Positions 21,810-32,203 of a DNA stretch of 64,000 nucleotides are shown piece by piece. The stretch covers positions 1-64,000 of the IMG/VR virus record IMGVR_UViG_3300020123_000589. One strand, given 5' to 3'. Origin of the DNA: a virus. The position numbers were made by a program, and so were the translations under genes. The number at the start of each line of letters is the position of its first letter. Within the stretch, counting starts at the first letter, position 1. The notes beneath the pieces were generated by a model, which saw only the letters and a program-made list of their open reading frames with translations, searched no databases and had not been told where the DNA came from.

Positions 21810-22185
21810 ACCAGGAGATATTTTATACCGTAAGTATTCAGACAAGAACGATTTGTATTGTGTAATTGTTATTACAGAAGGTCCGTTCAATATCGGACAA
21901 AATGTTAAATTTGTACGTTCCTTACCATACTATTATTCCCCTGAATTTCATTCGGGAGTACCGAAACTTTTAGGCGAATCAAGCAGTTCAGTAGAAACTT
22001 GGTACATCAAAGTGGATTTAAATAACTACGATATTAAAGATAAATTTTTAAAGAAAATAAAAGATTTTTTGGAAAACAACTTGGGCAAATTAGTAGTGAG
22101 CGACACAATTTTAGACAATCTTCTTTACATTGAAATCCTTGCAGAACTTAAGAAATATGAACCCAAAGAAAAAGACGATAAATAA
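21799..22185 (+). CDS. DNL-tag family, class B
   Basis: FKPGDIL; LDNLLYIEILAELKKY. Confidence 0.7.
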   Translation: MEFKPGDILYRKYSDKNDLYCVIVITEGPFNIGQNVKFVRSLPYYYSPEFHSGVPKLLGESSSSVETWYIKVDLNNYDIKDKFLKKIKDFLENNLGKLVVSDTILDNLLYIEILAELKKYEPKEKDDK

Positions 22186-22495
22186 TTTAAATGTTGGGAA
22201 GTTTGTAAAGTGCAACGGCTCAACGCTATACACATACAAATCAATGAATTCATACATGAATTATCCTTCTCTTGACGGTTTACTAATTATCGAGAGACAC
22301 CCAGAAAAAACTTTAACATGGACAGATCTTAAAAATTATTCTTTTATATCCAAACCAAAAAAGAAACACATTGACAACGCTATTAAGCAGTTAAAGAATA
22401 CATTAAAATTTCAAGGTATTGATAATCTTTCTTATGTAGAAAACCTTGACATCTTGAAAAATTACCTTAAATCTGATATAGTAGAAGAAGATTAA
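22157..22495 (+). CDS. DNL-tag family, class B
   Basis: LNVGKFV; IDNLSYVENLDILKNY. Confidence 0.7.
   Translation: MNPKKKTINNLNVGKFVKCNGSTLYTYKSMNSYMNYPSLDGLLIIERHPEKTLTWTDLKNYSFISKPKKKHIDNAIKQLKNTLKFQGIDNLSYVENLDILKNYLKSDIVEED
22454..22482 (+). promoter_or_regulatory. possible sigma70 promoter for the endonuclease VII-type gene
   Basis: TTGAAA-17 nt-TATAGT with TGn. Confidence 0.5.
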
Positions 22496-22501
22496 TTTGT
22501 T

Positions 22502-22978
22502 ATGTTTAATAAAGCTGAGTGGGCAAAAAAGTACAACAAAGACTATTATCAAAAACATAAAGATATTTTAAATAAGCATAAACGAGAAGAACGAGCTAAG
22601 AAAGGCGCAAAACCAAGAAACAGAAATAAACAAATAGAATCCAAAAAGCAAATAAAAAATAAACTACCATTAAAACCAAAAATAACGAGAAAAAGATATC
22701 CAAAACAAGTAGCTATTTGGTTATCTATGATAAAATCTAAATACAGATTATCACCAAAGGATTGGACAAATTTAGTCTTAAAATCAAATGGTCGTTGTGA
22801 AATGTGTATTGAACAATTTAAAAGTGGAAGAGATTGTTGTACGGATCATAATCATAAAACAGGAAAGGTTAGAGGGCTTCTTTGTTTAACCTGTAATTTG
22901 AAATTGGGTATTGTTGAGAAGGGATTAGATCCTATAAATTTTTTTGAAGTTTCGTTGAAATATTTAGAATCAAATTGA
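22502..22978 (+). CDS. endonuclease VII-type His-Me finger nuclease (probably homing)
   Basis: CEMC..DHNHKTGKVRGLLCLTCN. Confidence 0.85.
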   Translation: MFNKAEWAKKYNKDYYQKHKDILNKHKREERAKKGAKPRNRNKQIESKKQIKNKLPLKPKITRKRYPKQVAIWLSMIKSKYRLSPKDWTNLVLKSNGRCEMCIEQFKSGRDCCTDHNHKTGKVRGLLCLTCNLKLGIVEKGLDPINFFEVSLKYLESN

Positions 22979-23563
22979 ATTTTAGTTTGAGACGTAAGCT
23001 TTTATTATCTTCTTATATATGTTATAGTGTATGCAAGGGATTACGTCTCAAAACTTTAGGGAGTTGTAAATGGTCTTTATTAGGCAAGTATACATGCAAG
23101 AATATAATCAAAAATATTATAGTACGAATAAAAAACAATTGAACGAGCAAAAACAAAAAAGACGTGATGATGGCTACGGAACCTTCCATGGGCATGTTGA
23201 AGCTATACATGATCCTATTAGGCGATATGCTTCTCAATGGCATATTCCAATTGACAGTCTCAAGAAATTTAAACGTTGGTCCTTTAATGATCCTGAGTAT
23301 GAAAAATTATTTAAAGTGTGGGAAGAATCTGGATTTGAGAAAGCATTGGCTCCCGTAGTTATGAGACGGATTAAAAAGCGTGGGTTTGTACTTGACAATT
23401 TGTTCTGGTCTACCAAAGGGCAACATGCTTGGTGGAGTGGAATATTGGATGATATTAAAAACATGAGCAAAGAGATGGAGAAGAGACAGACTAAAAATAA
23501 TCCAGCTAGTGAAAATGAGCAACAAGAAATGATTAACAGATTGAAAGCAAAGAGGAAAAGCAA

Positions 23564-23800
23564 GTGAATAATGGCAATCTTCACATCCCGTACAATATGA
23601 AATGTGGTGGATGCCAGCATGATGCTTCAGATCATTGGGCCAGTTGGAATGGAGTTGTGGTTGCTGCTGGAACATGTTATAGTTGTATAAAGGAACAGCC
23701 TACCTGTAATTTTGGCCATTGTGCATCTTTTAAATTTGATAATTTAAATTATGTTGAAGTGATGGCAGAACGAAGGGAGCAGAAAAAGAATTTAATATGA
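23564..23800 (+). CDS. DNL-tag family, class A
   Basis: CGGCQH..H..CYSC..CASFKFDNLNYVEVMAERREQKKNLI. Confidence 0.7.
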   Translation: MNNGNLHIPYNMKCGGCQHDASDHWASWNGVVVAAGTCYSCIKEQPTCNFGHCASFKFDNLNYVEVMAERREQKKNLI

Positions 23801-24432
23801 TTCGTGCAAGGATTAATGAGGAGCCATTCGAATATCGTGATGCTTCATTGAATTCCTATGCCTTCTCTCAGGAATCCATAAAGATTCTACCAACGCTTAA
23901 GACTTTCTCAAATCGGGTAGAATCAATGTCCAAGGGTCTTAATCTCTTTCTTTGGTCGCCTAATAATGGCGCAGGGAAGACGTACCTTTCGTATGCCATT
24001 TTAAAGCAAGTAAGACAATTTGAGCAGCCTTTGTGGATCAGAGATAAAGAAGCCACACTGCCGTGCGGCAATGTAAAAACAATGGCTATTAATTTTAAAC
24101 ATTTTGTAGACCTTTGCAAAACATTCGATGATGGTGCGAAGAAATACCAGGAAGCCCTTTATAATGCTGATTATCTATTGATTGATGAAGTATCGTCGAA
24201 CATGCTTTCCCAGAATCCCCATGAAGATAAGAGACAGCTACTGGTTGTATTAGATGACAGGTTATCAGAGTTTCGTCCAACAATTATTACAAGCAACAAC
24301 TCACCTGAAGAGTTTCTAAATGCTTTTGGCCCAAACATTTATTCCAGGTTACAATCTCGAACAGAGTTCATCGAAGTTCCTGGACGTGATATGAGGCCGA
24401 TTTTAAAGATGGTGGATGCAGAGAATGCATAA
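23797..24432 (+). CDS. DnaC/IstB-like AAA+ ATPase (helicase loader-like)
   Basis: NNGAGKT Walker A, LLIDEV Walker B, TIITSN, SRL. Confidence 0.8.
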   Translation: MIRARINEEPFEYRDASLNSYAFSQESIKILPTLKTFSNRVESMSKGLNLFLWSPNNGAGKTYLSYAILKQVRQFEQPLWIRDKEATLPCGNVKTMAINFKHFVDLCKTFDDGAKKYQEALYNADYLLIDEVSSNMLSQNPHEDKRQLLVVLDDRLSEFRPTIITSNNSPEEFLNAFGPNIYSRLQSRTEFIEVPGRDMRPILKMVDAENA

Positions 24433-24634
24433 TTTGTGTAAGTGTGGGCATTCTTTAGAAGAACATACAAGCCCCAATCTATATTTAGACGATTATGGAA
24501 ACATGACCAACTTCGTTGGTAGGTGTAATCATGATAAATCTTATTTTAAAAATATGTGTAGTTGTGGTTGGTTTAGCGAAGTGGATAATTTAACTCACAT
24601 TGAATTGCTTGCAAAGCAGAAAGGTTTAGTGTGA
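24425..24634 (+). CDS. DNL-tag family, class A
   Basis: CKCGH..H..C..CSC..VDNLTHIELLAKQKGLV. Confidence 0.75.
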   Translation: MHNLCKCGHSLEEHTSPNLYLDDYGNMTNFVGRCNHDKSYFKNMCSCGWFSEVDNLTHIELLAKQKGLV

Positions 24635-24849
24635 AGAAAAAGAACAAAGATATTCTTTGCCAATGTGGGCATGAGAAGCATTTTCACAAAACATTAGGAT
24701 CTCCAGTTTGGGATGAATTTTGTAATGGAGGCAAAGTTAGGGATCGAAGTATACACGGTAGTTATATTTATGTTTGCATTTGTTCAGAATATAAACCAGA
24801 TAACCTTCTCCACATAGAAACCATTGCTAAAAAGAGAAAACTAATATGA
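24631..24849 (+). CDS. DNL-tag family, class A
   Basis: CQCGH..H..C..CIC..PDNLLHIETIAKKRKLI. Confidence 0.75.
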   Translation: MKKKNKDILCQCGHEKHFHKTLGSPVWDEFCNGGKVRDRSIHGSYIYVCICSEYKPDNLLHIETIAKKRKLI

Positions 24850-25130
24850 ATAACCACAAACTTTTTCGCCACATGTTTGAATTGCCAGAAGAAGATAGAG
24901 GAGATATTAATCAGCTTGTTGATATTCTTAGTGGTGCGGAGCACGACTTCCGAAATGTAGGAGTTGAGCTTACATACGAAGGATTTAAAGAATATTTTAA
25001 AAGAATGCTTGGCCCTTTGCCTGGAGCTGCTAGTAGTACTCGATCAAACTATTCCAGGTTATTAAAAATCCTGGAAGGTGACAACTTGGATATCATTGAA
25101 GAAGCAGCAGAGAAAAAAGGACTATTGTGA
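24846..25130 (+). CDS. DNL-tag family, class C
   Basis: GDNLDIIEEAAEKKGLL. Confidence 0.7.
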   Translation: MNNHKLFRHMFELPEEDRGDINQLVDILSGAEHDFRNVGVELTYEGFKEYFKRMLGPLPGAASSTRSNYSRLLKILEGDNLDIIEEAAEKKGLL

Positions 25131-25567
25131 AAACTCCAGGTAATTATGGAGAACTCATTGCAAACTATATAGGTGGAACTTTGTGGTCTTACGTTACATA
25201 TGGAGATTACCAAGGAGATTATGTAGCCTTAATTTATAAAGATTCTAATTTGCTAGTGTACAAAGGATTATATGGTTCTTGCGGTGGTTGTGATTGGTTA
25301 TCTGATTATTATAGTGACGAAGAAATCCCAGAAGAAAAGATTAAAGAATACATGATGGATATACAACCATTTCTTACGATTCCGTCTGATTCCCTTCCTA
25401 AAACCGAAGGGGATTTGATTGCGCTGTTGCCAGCAAATACGAGAATTTGGTTGGACGATGAATACGCAGAAGTTAAAGTGCGTGACATATTGAAACAAAT
25501 AAATGAACCTACATGTAATAATTTAGATATTATCGAAACAGAAGCAAAGGGTAAAGGATTGATATGA
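25127..25567 (+). CDS. DNL-tag family, class C
   Basis: GDYQGD..YGSCGGCDW domain; CNNLDIIETEAKGKGLI. Confidence 0.7.
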   Translation: MKTPGNYGELIANYIGGTLWSYVTYGDYQGDYVALIYKDSNLLVYKGLYGSCGGCDWLSDYYSDEEIPEEKIKEYMMDIQPFLTIPSDSLPKTEGDLIALLPANTRIWLDDEYAEVKVRDILKQINEPTCNNLDIIETEAKGKGLI

Positions 25568-26184
25568 AACGCATTCTTGGATCTGGGTATATCAAGAAGA
25601 TCGATTCGAATGGCACGGATGGTATTTTGATTGAAACGATTAAAGATCTTCATTCAGATTACAAAGAATCTAAATTTCCTATTCAACGAATGTTTGACGA
25701 TGGTCCAATAGATGCGTTTGAACACTACAATTTTACATTTAAGTTTAAGATTCCTAATTCTCTTCTTCATATTTTTAAATATTATCGTATTGCTATTTTG
25801 ACTGAACTTCCTGAGATTGAATTAAATGGGTACGTGCCTCCTATATTTTTTAAGGATGGTCAACAAGTAATCGCAGCAGAAGATAATGAGCTGCATACAA
25901 AATTTCATAATTTCTACAAAAATCTTTTTAATTTCTTTAACAAACTTTACGAACAAAAAGTAGCCACACACCAGCTTGAATATATCCTACCCTGCGGTAG
26001 AATGATAGAATTTTATTGGACAGTGAATCTAAACGATTTGATGTTGTTTTTACGCACAAATTTAAGAAGCCAAATGCCAGAAGCAAAAGAGATTGCCCAA
26101 GCAATTTTAGAGTATTTTAAAGAGGAATTTCCATTGCTTTCGTCTATATTTTTGAAGCGGGAATTTCCACCAAAGATCGTCTGA
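25564..26184 (+). CDS. ThyX-fold protein, catalytic motif degenerate
   Basis: FEH..FTF, ILP, YWTVNL..L..FL, E...IA..I..FP layout of ThyX, but no RHRx7S motif. Confidence 0.6.
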   Translation: MKRILGSGYIKKIDSNGTDGILIETIKDLHSDYKESKFPIQRMFDDGPIDAFEHYNFTFKFKIPNSLLHIFKYYRIAILTELPEIELNGYVPPIFFKDGQQVIAAEDNELHTKFHNFYKNLFNFFNKLYEQKVATHQLEYILPCGRMIEFYWTVNLNDLMLFLRTNLRSQMPEAKEIAQAILEYFKEEFPLLSSIFLKREFPPKIV

Positions 26185-26768
26185 AAAACGTAATAAAATT
26201 TGGTGTTAGAGTAAGGAGTATAAAAATTCTATGAGCAATTCATCTATAGTAGGTTCCAATACGACCTCAACATGGGGCTCGGCCACATATTCAACAGGTC
26301 AATTCTTGTCTGCTTCGTGTAGTGCATGTTATCAAACGTATAATGTCAACAGTGGACATTATTGCCAAGGCACTACGTTGCCAATTACTTGGACTACTAC
26401 GACAGGTACCACCCTTCAAAATATGGGCACCATTACCTTTGGATCGAATTTTAAAAATGTAAAAGAGATTACAACAGATATTGAGCTGATTTATGAATGG
26501 AGTGACTCGTCATTTAATATGAAACTTCCTGCGAAATTTGGGGATTGTTTTCTAAAGGTGGGTTACACTTGGTCGCCATTGTACCCACTCATCTTCTCTG
26601 CCATTGAGAACGATTCTAAAGAATTATCCTTTCATTTGGTTACAGGTATTACAGATAAATCGTTTGAAGGAGACACAGTAATTTTGAAATCAGTAACATC
26701 AACTAAGATTGAAGATAATTTAACTTTATTACAGTTAGCAGAAAAGGTTCGTAACCATTTTAAAGAAT

Positions 26769-27233
26769 ATGATAAAACCAATCCTACTTTATAATCAGGC
26801 CATACTTAATACAGCTTGTAAACCCGTTACAGATTTCAACGATCCAACTTTGGAACAGTTGGTTCAGGATCTTTTGGATACGTGCGCTGCTAACAATGGT
26901 GTTGGATTAGCTGCAAATCAAATTGGAAGCGAACTATCCGTTTGCGTTTTGGACGTGGAGAACAGAACAAAAAAGATGGTTTTAATTAACCCTAAAATCA
27001 TTTCGTACTCAAAGAAGAAACATAAGATGGCAGAGGCTTGTCTATCATGCCCAGGGTTATCCGTTACACTTAAACGTCCAGAGAGTATAATTGTAGATGC
27101 GAATTTATTAACTGGTGAATTGGTTCGTTATCAATTTGATGGGTACGACGCTAGAATTTTAATCCACGAACACAATCATTTATTTGGATTTACGATTGCG
27201 AAGACTGTAAATAGCTACCTTCCCAAGTTATAA
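26769..27233 (+). CDS. def: peptide deformylase
   Basis: GVGLAANQIG, EACLS, HEHNH motifs. Confidence 0.9.
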   Translation: MIKPILLYNQAILNTACKPVTDFNDPTLEQLVQDLLDTCAANNGVGLAANQIGSELSVCVLDVENRTKKMVLINPKIISYSKKKHKMAEACLSCPGLSVTLKRPESIIVDANLLTGELVRYQFDGYDARILIHEHNHLFGFTIAKTVNSYLPKL

Positions 27234-27240
27234 TTAAGAT

Positions 27241-27432
27241 ATGGAAGAGATTTGTATTTGTGGTCACGAGATAAATGAACATCATGATGGTTCAATTTCA
27301 AACATACCAGTTTGTAATTTGTGTAGAGAATTGAATATGGGTATTGGTGAAGACGATTGTTATCACGAATTTAAACTTGACAATTTACGATGTATTGAAC
27401 AAGAAGCTAAACGCAGAAATTTAATAAACTAA
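27241..27432 (+). CDS. DNL-tag family, class A
   Basis: CICGH..H..CNLC..HEFKLDNLRCIEQEAKRRNLIN. Confidence 0.75.
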   Translation: MEEICICGHEINEHHDGSISNIPVCNLCRELNMGIGEDDCYHEFKLDNLRCIEQEAKRRNLIN

Positions 27433-29196
27433 AGAGGAGATAAGAAATGAGAGACGGAACAATTCACAGTTACTTTGAGAACGTAGTTAAATATATGCAG
27501 CAAGTTGAGCAATCAGCAAGGTTGGGAATTACTGGGGAGGCCGTTCGTGGAGCCGCATTGCAACAGTTGTTGGTAAAGAAAGGTTTGATTACGGAAGCCG
27601 AGTTGACCGAAGCTATTGGTGATGTTATTCGCAAAGCAAATGAAGCCAAGCCTGATCCAGCAACAGAAGCTCCAAAGGTTGAGATTGTTCCAGCCACCCC
27701 AGAACAAACGCAAGCAGTTGAAAAGAGTGTGGTTGAGGAACCCAAAGCATAATGGCAATCCACACTAGCGTCTTATCATTTGCAGATTTTATAAATAGCC
27801 AATCAATGTTGAAAATTATTCAACAGGAGGTAGGGGTGATTAAAAATATGTATGTGTACCAAGATCCCTATCAGGCAGCATATTTAATAAAATGGGAAAT
27901 TAACGATTCAGATTCTAATTGGATCAGAGAAGATTTTTAAAGGGAGATTTAATACATGAGCCACGACCTATACAAAATCACTGTTTCATTTGTTGTGTGC
28001 GATGGTATGAGAGATAAAGTGTTAGAAGAAATTCGTGATTTAACACAACACATAGAAAAGAATGCATTGGATCATGCTTCCAATAAAAAGATTAAAGTGA
28101 CGCATGAACCAGCAACAGAAGAAGATCTGCATTAGGAGTGGGGAGATAATAAATGAATTTTAATCCAGAATGTTATCGATGTTCCAACGAGGGTTGGGTT
28201 ATAAACTCTTTAGGTACTTATATAAATTGTCCTGTTTGCCACGACAGCCGATTAATTAGAATTTTAAAAGCCAATGTTTTTAAATTATTGGTTTGTCTTT
28301 TTAAATTCTTTTCTGACTCTTTGAATAAAATTAATTGGACTTCAGAAGAGATTTTGAGATTTGAGCGATTTTATAACGTAGAATTGGAAGGGAAAATTGA
28401 ACAACGTCAGGAATTGCCTTTTAATTCATACGACGAACTTTTTAAAACTGGAAATACGGTTTTAAAAAATAAATATGCTTATAAAATTATAAGTAGTTAC
28501 GTTGTCGGTTATACGGAGTCAATTACATTAGTTGGAACGGCTTTAGAAGTGCTCACAGGATCGCAGGATTTGCTTCCCTTGGCCGAAAAGACGCATAATA
28601 ATGCCGTTATGGGGAAAGATACAGCCAATGAATTTTGGAAGGCTGTAGACGAAGTAGTTAAAAACTAGGAGATATGACATGAGTGAAGAAATGATACAAA
28701 ATCCAGAACCAGTAAAAGAAACTGTAACGATTAGCAAAGAGCAACTTGAAGCTATGCAAGAACAGCTTAGAGTTCTTTCTCAACAATTCCAAAAAGATGT
28801 TGTTCATCCAGTTCAACCTATTGCACCAGCACAAACAGTCATTACGGCTGATTCTAATGCGGCTAAACCAGAACAACCTAAAGAAGTTATTTTAGAGGAA
28901 GTAGATACAGCTTCTTTATTTAAACAGAATCCTTGGAGCATTGGAAATAAAGTAAGGGTGTCTGAAAAATATCCTCAGATTCAGGGTGGTGTAAATTGGA
29001 AAGGCCGTGTAGGAACTATCAACAAGATCCTGAAAGATCCTTCGGGCGTAAAGATGGTTGAGGTTGCTTTTGGTGATGTTCAAGTACCTTTTCATCGTCC
29101 ACACCCAACAAAGCCTGGAGTGACACAAAAAGGTTATCGTATTCAAAAAGCCGTCCAAACATTCGATGATTCCTGTTTGGAGCCTGTATACGAATA

Positions 29197-29385
29197 ATGA
29201 AGTCATCTTTAGAAGATAAATGCGTCTGCGGCCATACTTATGGGAGACATTCAAAAGCTCCTTTTAGATATTGTTTTTTAGATTGTTATTTTGAAAATAA
29301 ACCTCAAGAAGAATGGCAGCATACGTTCAAGTTAGATAACCTCACCTTAATTGAAAAGCTTGCTAAAGAACGAGGGCTTGTTTGA
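29197..29385 (+). CDS. DNL-tag family, class A
   Basis: CVCGH..H..C..C..HTFKLDNLTLIEKLAKERGLV. Confidence 0.75.
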   Translation: MKSSLEDKCVCGHTYGRHSKAPFRYCFLDCYFENKPQEEWQHTFKLDNLTLIEKLAKERGLV

Positions 29386-30112
29386 ATTGTGGTGCCCGAG
29401 GAGCTGTATCAGTAAAAAAACTTCAAGTAGAAGTTTTAAATTGTATTTGTGGTAATAAACCTTGGGCTGGAATAGAATATTGGGATGATGAAGATTTAAA
29501 GATGTTTTCTATTAGGTGCCCACGATGTTATACAAATATTTGTGGAACTTTAGATGCAATCGATGATACCGTAAATCTTTGGAATGCTTGGGCGAGTGGG
29601 GAACAGAAAGAATTATCTTGGTTTTAAAGAGGAATTTAATATGATTCAATGGAAACGTCAGAACATTTTTAATCTCCTTTGTCTCTTTGGTGACGACAAA
29701 CCCCATTCTTGGATGGAAACAGTCAATCTAGGTACGCGCTTCTTTGCGAACATTCCAATTCAAAATCACCAATATAAAACCCACCAAGAAAAGTTCGAAG
29801 CCTTCTTTCAAAAAGCCATTGAGTATGGTATAATTGAAATGATAGCAACTCCATATGTAATTAAAGAACGCACAAAGAAAGTGTATCAGATTAGCAAACA
29901 CGATTTTAATTACAAGCTAAGTGAAAAAGGTGACAGGTTATTGCGGCAGGAACAGGCAGAGCGTACTAATGATGGATTTTATTACAACATGTTTAATCGT
30001 TCAACCGAGGGAGATTTTGGCATTGATCGCTTTGCGCCACTAACTCCTACAAATCTTGGAGTAAAAGATAAACAAATTTATAAAGCAAGAGATTTAAGAA
30101 AAGGAATTTAAT

Positions 30113-30418
30113 ATGAGCAACCTTCACAAGATTTTCAAAGAGTTACAGAAGCTCGACTTCCAAGATTTTGATGCTGTATGTGATGCTTGGCGCGAGCACT
30201 ACAATGTTAAAATTAATTGTAAAAATATGGGGATTAAATACTCAGATAAATACTTAGTTAATTCTCTTACAAAGAGACGAAATTCACTAACCAATGCTGT
30301 TGCTACTTGCCCACCAACACTAAATCAAAGCGGCAGAGATAAGAAAATTGAGCAAATTATTCTTGGAGATAATCTTGATATTATTGAAGAAACCGCAAAG
30401 AAGAAAGGATTGATATGA
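30113..30418 (+). CDS. DNL-tag family, class C
   Basis: GDNLDIIEETAKKKGLI. Confidence 0.7.
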   Translation: MSNLHKIFKELQKLDFQDFDAVCDAWREHYNVKINCKNMGIKYSDKYLVNSLTKRRNSLTNAVATCPPTLNQSGRDKKIEQIILGDNLDIIEETAKKKGLI

Positions 30419-31176
30419 TACTAAGCATTTTAGCCGTAGTTTTGGGACTCGCAGTAGTAATTGGAATTCACGAAGCTTCTCACATGCTTGTTTCTAAGTT
30501 GTTTGGTGTGAAGGTTTTAAAATTTTCTTTAGGGTTTGGACCCGTTCTTTTCTCCAAGAAGATTAAGGGAACATCTTATGAACTGGCCGCATTACCATTG
30601 GGTGGTTATGTACAGTGTTCAGGCGAGAACCCAGAAAGTAATGTAAAGGATGGTTTCTTCAGCCTACCCTGGTGGAAACGTTCTCTAATCGCTCTAGCTG
30701 GCCCTGTAGCGAACTTAATCCTTGGGTTTGGTCTTGTATTTGCATTACTTGTTTTATTCAAAGGTTGGCCCATTGTAGCAGGATTACAGAAAGCATGGGA
30801 ACTGTTTTCATTCGTTATTGTAACCACATTAAAATGGGTATTTGGGATGCTTCCAAAAACCTCTGAAGCAGTAGGTGGTACATCTGGATTATCTGGACCC
30901 ATTATGGTAACAAAGATACTCCTTTCTTCAGCAAGAGAAGGGGCAGCACAATTTCTATTTGTGTTATCTCTTATTTCTTTAAGCTTAGGGCTATTTAATT
31001 TGTTTCCGATTCCTGGGCTTGACGGAGCACATATCCTCATTTATATATTAGAAGGTGTATATGGTCGAAAATTTCCGTCCAAAGTGTATTATATTTGGAA
31101 TTTGATTGGAATAATTTTATTAGGAACATTAATGTTATTTATGTGTGGTATGGACATATTCAACTTATTTAAATAA
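30415..31176 (+). CDS. site-2 intramembrane metalloprotease (M50, RseP-like, no PDZ)
   Basis: HEASH, FSLGFGP, PLGGYV, AGPVAN, NLFPIPGLDG. Confidence 0.9.
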   Translation: MILSILAVVLGLAVVIGIHEASHMLVSKLFGVKVLKFSLGFGPVLFSKKIKGTSYELAALPLGGYVQCSGENPESNVKDGFFSLPWWKRSLIALAGPVANLILGFGLVFALLVLFKGWPIVAGLQKAWELFSFVIVTTLKWVFGMLPKTSEAVGGTSGLSGPIMVTKILLSSAREGAAQFLFVLSLISLSLGLFNLFPIPGLDGAHILIYILEGVYGRKFPSKVYYIWNLIGIILLGTLMLFMCGMDIFNLFK

Positions 31177-31177
31177 T

Positions 31178-31897
31178 ATGAAAAAAGGTCAGTTAAAGCA
31201 ATTTTGTTCAAGAGGACATGATACTTTTGCAGTTGGGAAAGATAGAAATGGATATTGTAAACAATGCAAGAAAGAATGGCAGTCTTCTCCAAAGAATCAA
31301 TTTTGTCCTAAAGGGCATGATACATTTGTTACAGGAAGATACAAAAATGGACATTGTGTTGAATGCAAAAAAGAATGGAGTCGAGAATATATTATTATAT
31401 CACAGCCACAATTCTGTATGAATGGGCACGACACAAATATTTGTGGTAGACATAAAAATGGTAAATGTGCCGCTTGTGACAAACTTTCTAAGCAAAAAGG
31501 AAAAGAAAGAACTAATTTACATACCAAAAAGCGGTTATTGATTGATAGTTCTTTTAGGTTAAAAAAGAGATTACGCAGTAGGCTTAGAGAGGTTTTAAAA
31601 GAAAACAAAAAACAAGGTTCTGCCATTAAAAATTTAGGTTGTACAATCGAATTTTTGAAAAGGTATCTAGAGTTTAAATTTCATGATGGTATGACTTGGG
31701 ATAATTGGGGTAAAGTTTGGCAGTTGGATCATGTTGTGGCATTATGGAGATATGATTTAACAGACAAAGAACAATTCCTAAACGCCTGTCATTACACCAA
31801 TCTTCAGCCCCTAACTATTGAAGACCACAATAAGAAAAGCTCTGAAGATCTTAAAGATTTTTTTGCTCATCAAAGAAAATTAAAACTAAACGTATAA
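31178..31897 (+). CDS. HNH homing endonuclease with Cys/His repeats
   Basis: 3x QFCxxGHD..CxxC; GMTWDN..WQLDHV..HYTNLQPL..N..K. Confidence 0.8.
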   Translation: MKKGQLKQFCSRGHDTFAVGKDRNGYCKQCKKEWQSSPKNQFCPKGHDTFVTGRYKNGHCVECKKEWSREYIIISQPQFCMNGHDTNICGRHKNGKCAACDKLSKQKGKERTNLHTKKRLLIDSSFRLKKRLRSRLREVLKENKKQGSAIKNLGCTIEFLKRYLEFKFHDGMTWDNWGKVWQLDHVVALWRYDLTDKEQFLNACHYTNLQPLTIEDHNKKSSEDLKDFFAHQRKLKLNV

Positions 31898-32203
31898 TGA
31901 ATCCAAGAATAATCAACGATACATTTGAACAAGAGCAGCATATTTGTTCTTTTTGTGAGTGTCAATCTGGAAATCATCTAGTATTTCATCGTTGTCCTTT
32001 ATTCGACAATACTTTTATTTGTAGGGAAGATTGTCAAGTTTCTATGATGAAAGAGGATATCGATGTTCAAGTATCGGCTAAGCTTGGCAGACTTGTTACA
32101 AAAGAATTTATAAATGAAACATGCAGAAATTGCGGATTGAATAATGCTTGTCAAAATCAAAAACTTGCAGATCAATTAGAAAAAGGATTACCAGGAGATA
32201 ATA

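Noticed and set aside
23070-23567. LDNLFW in this ORF as a DNL-tag member
   Set aside because: It lacks the IE and helix. Its context (RRIKKRGFVLDNLFWST) looks more like a degenerate HNH DRxDxxxGYxxxN motif.
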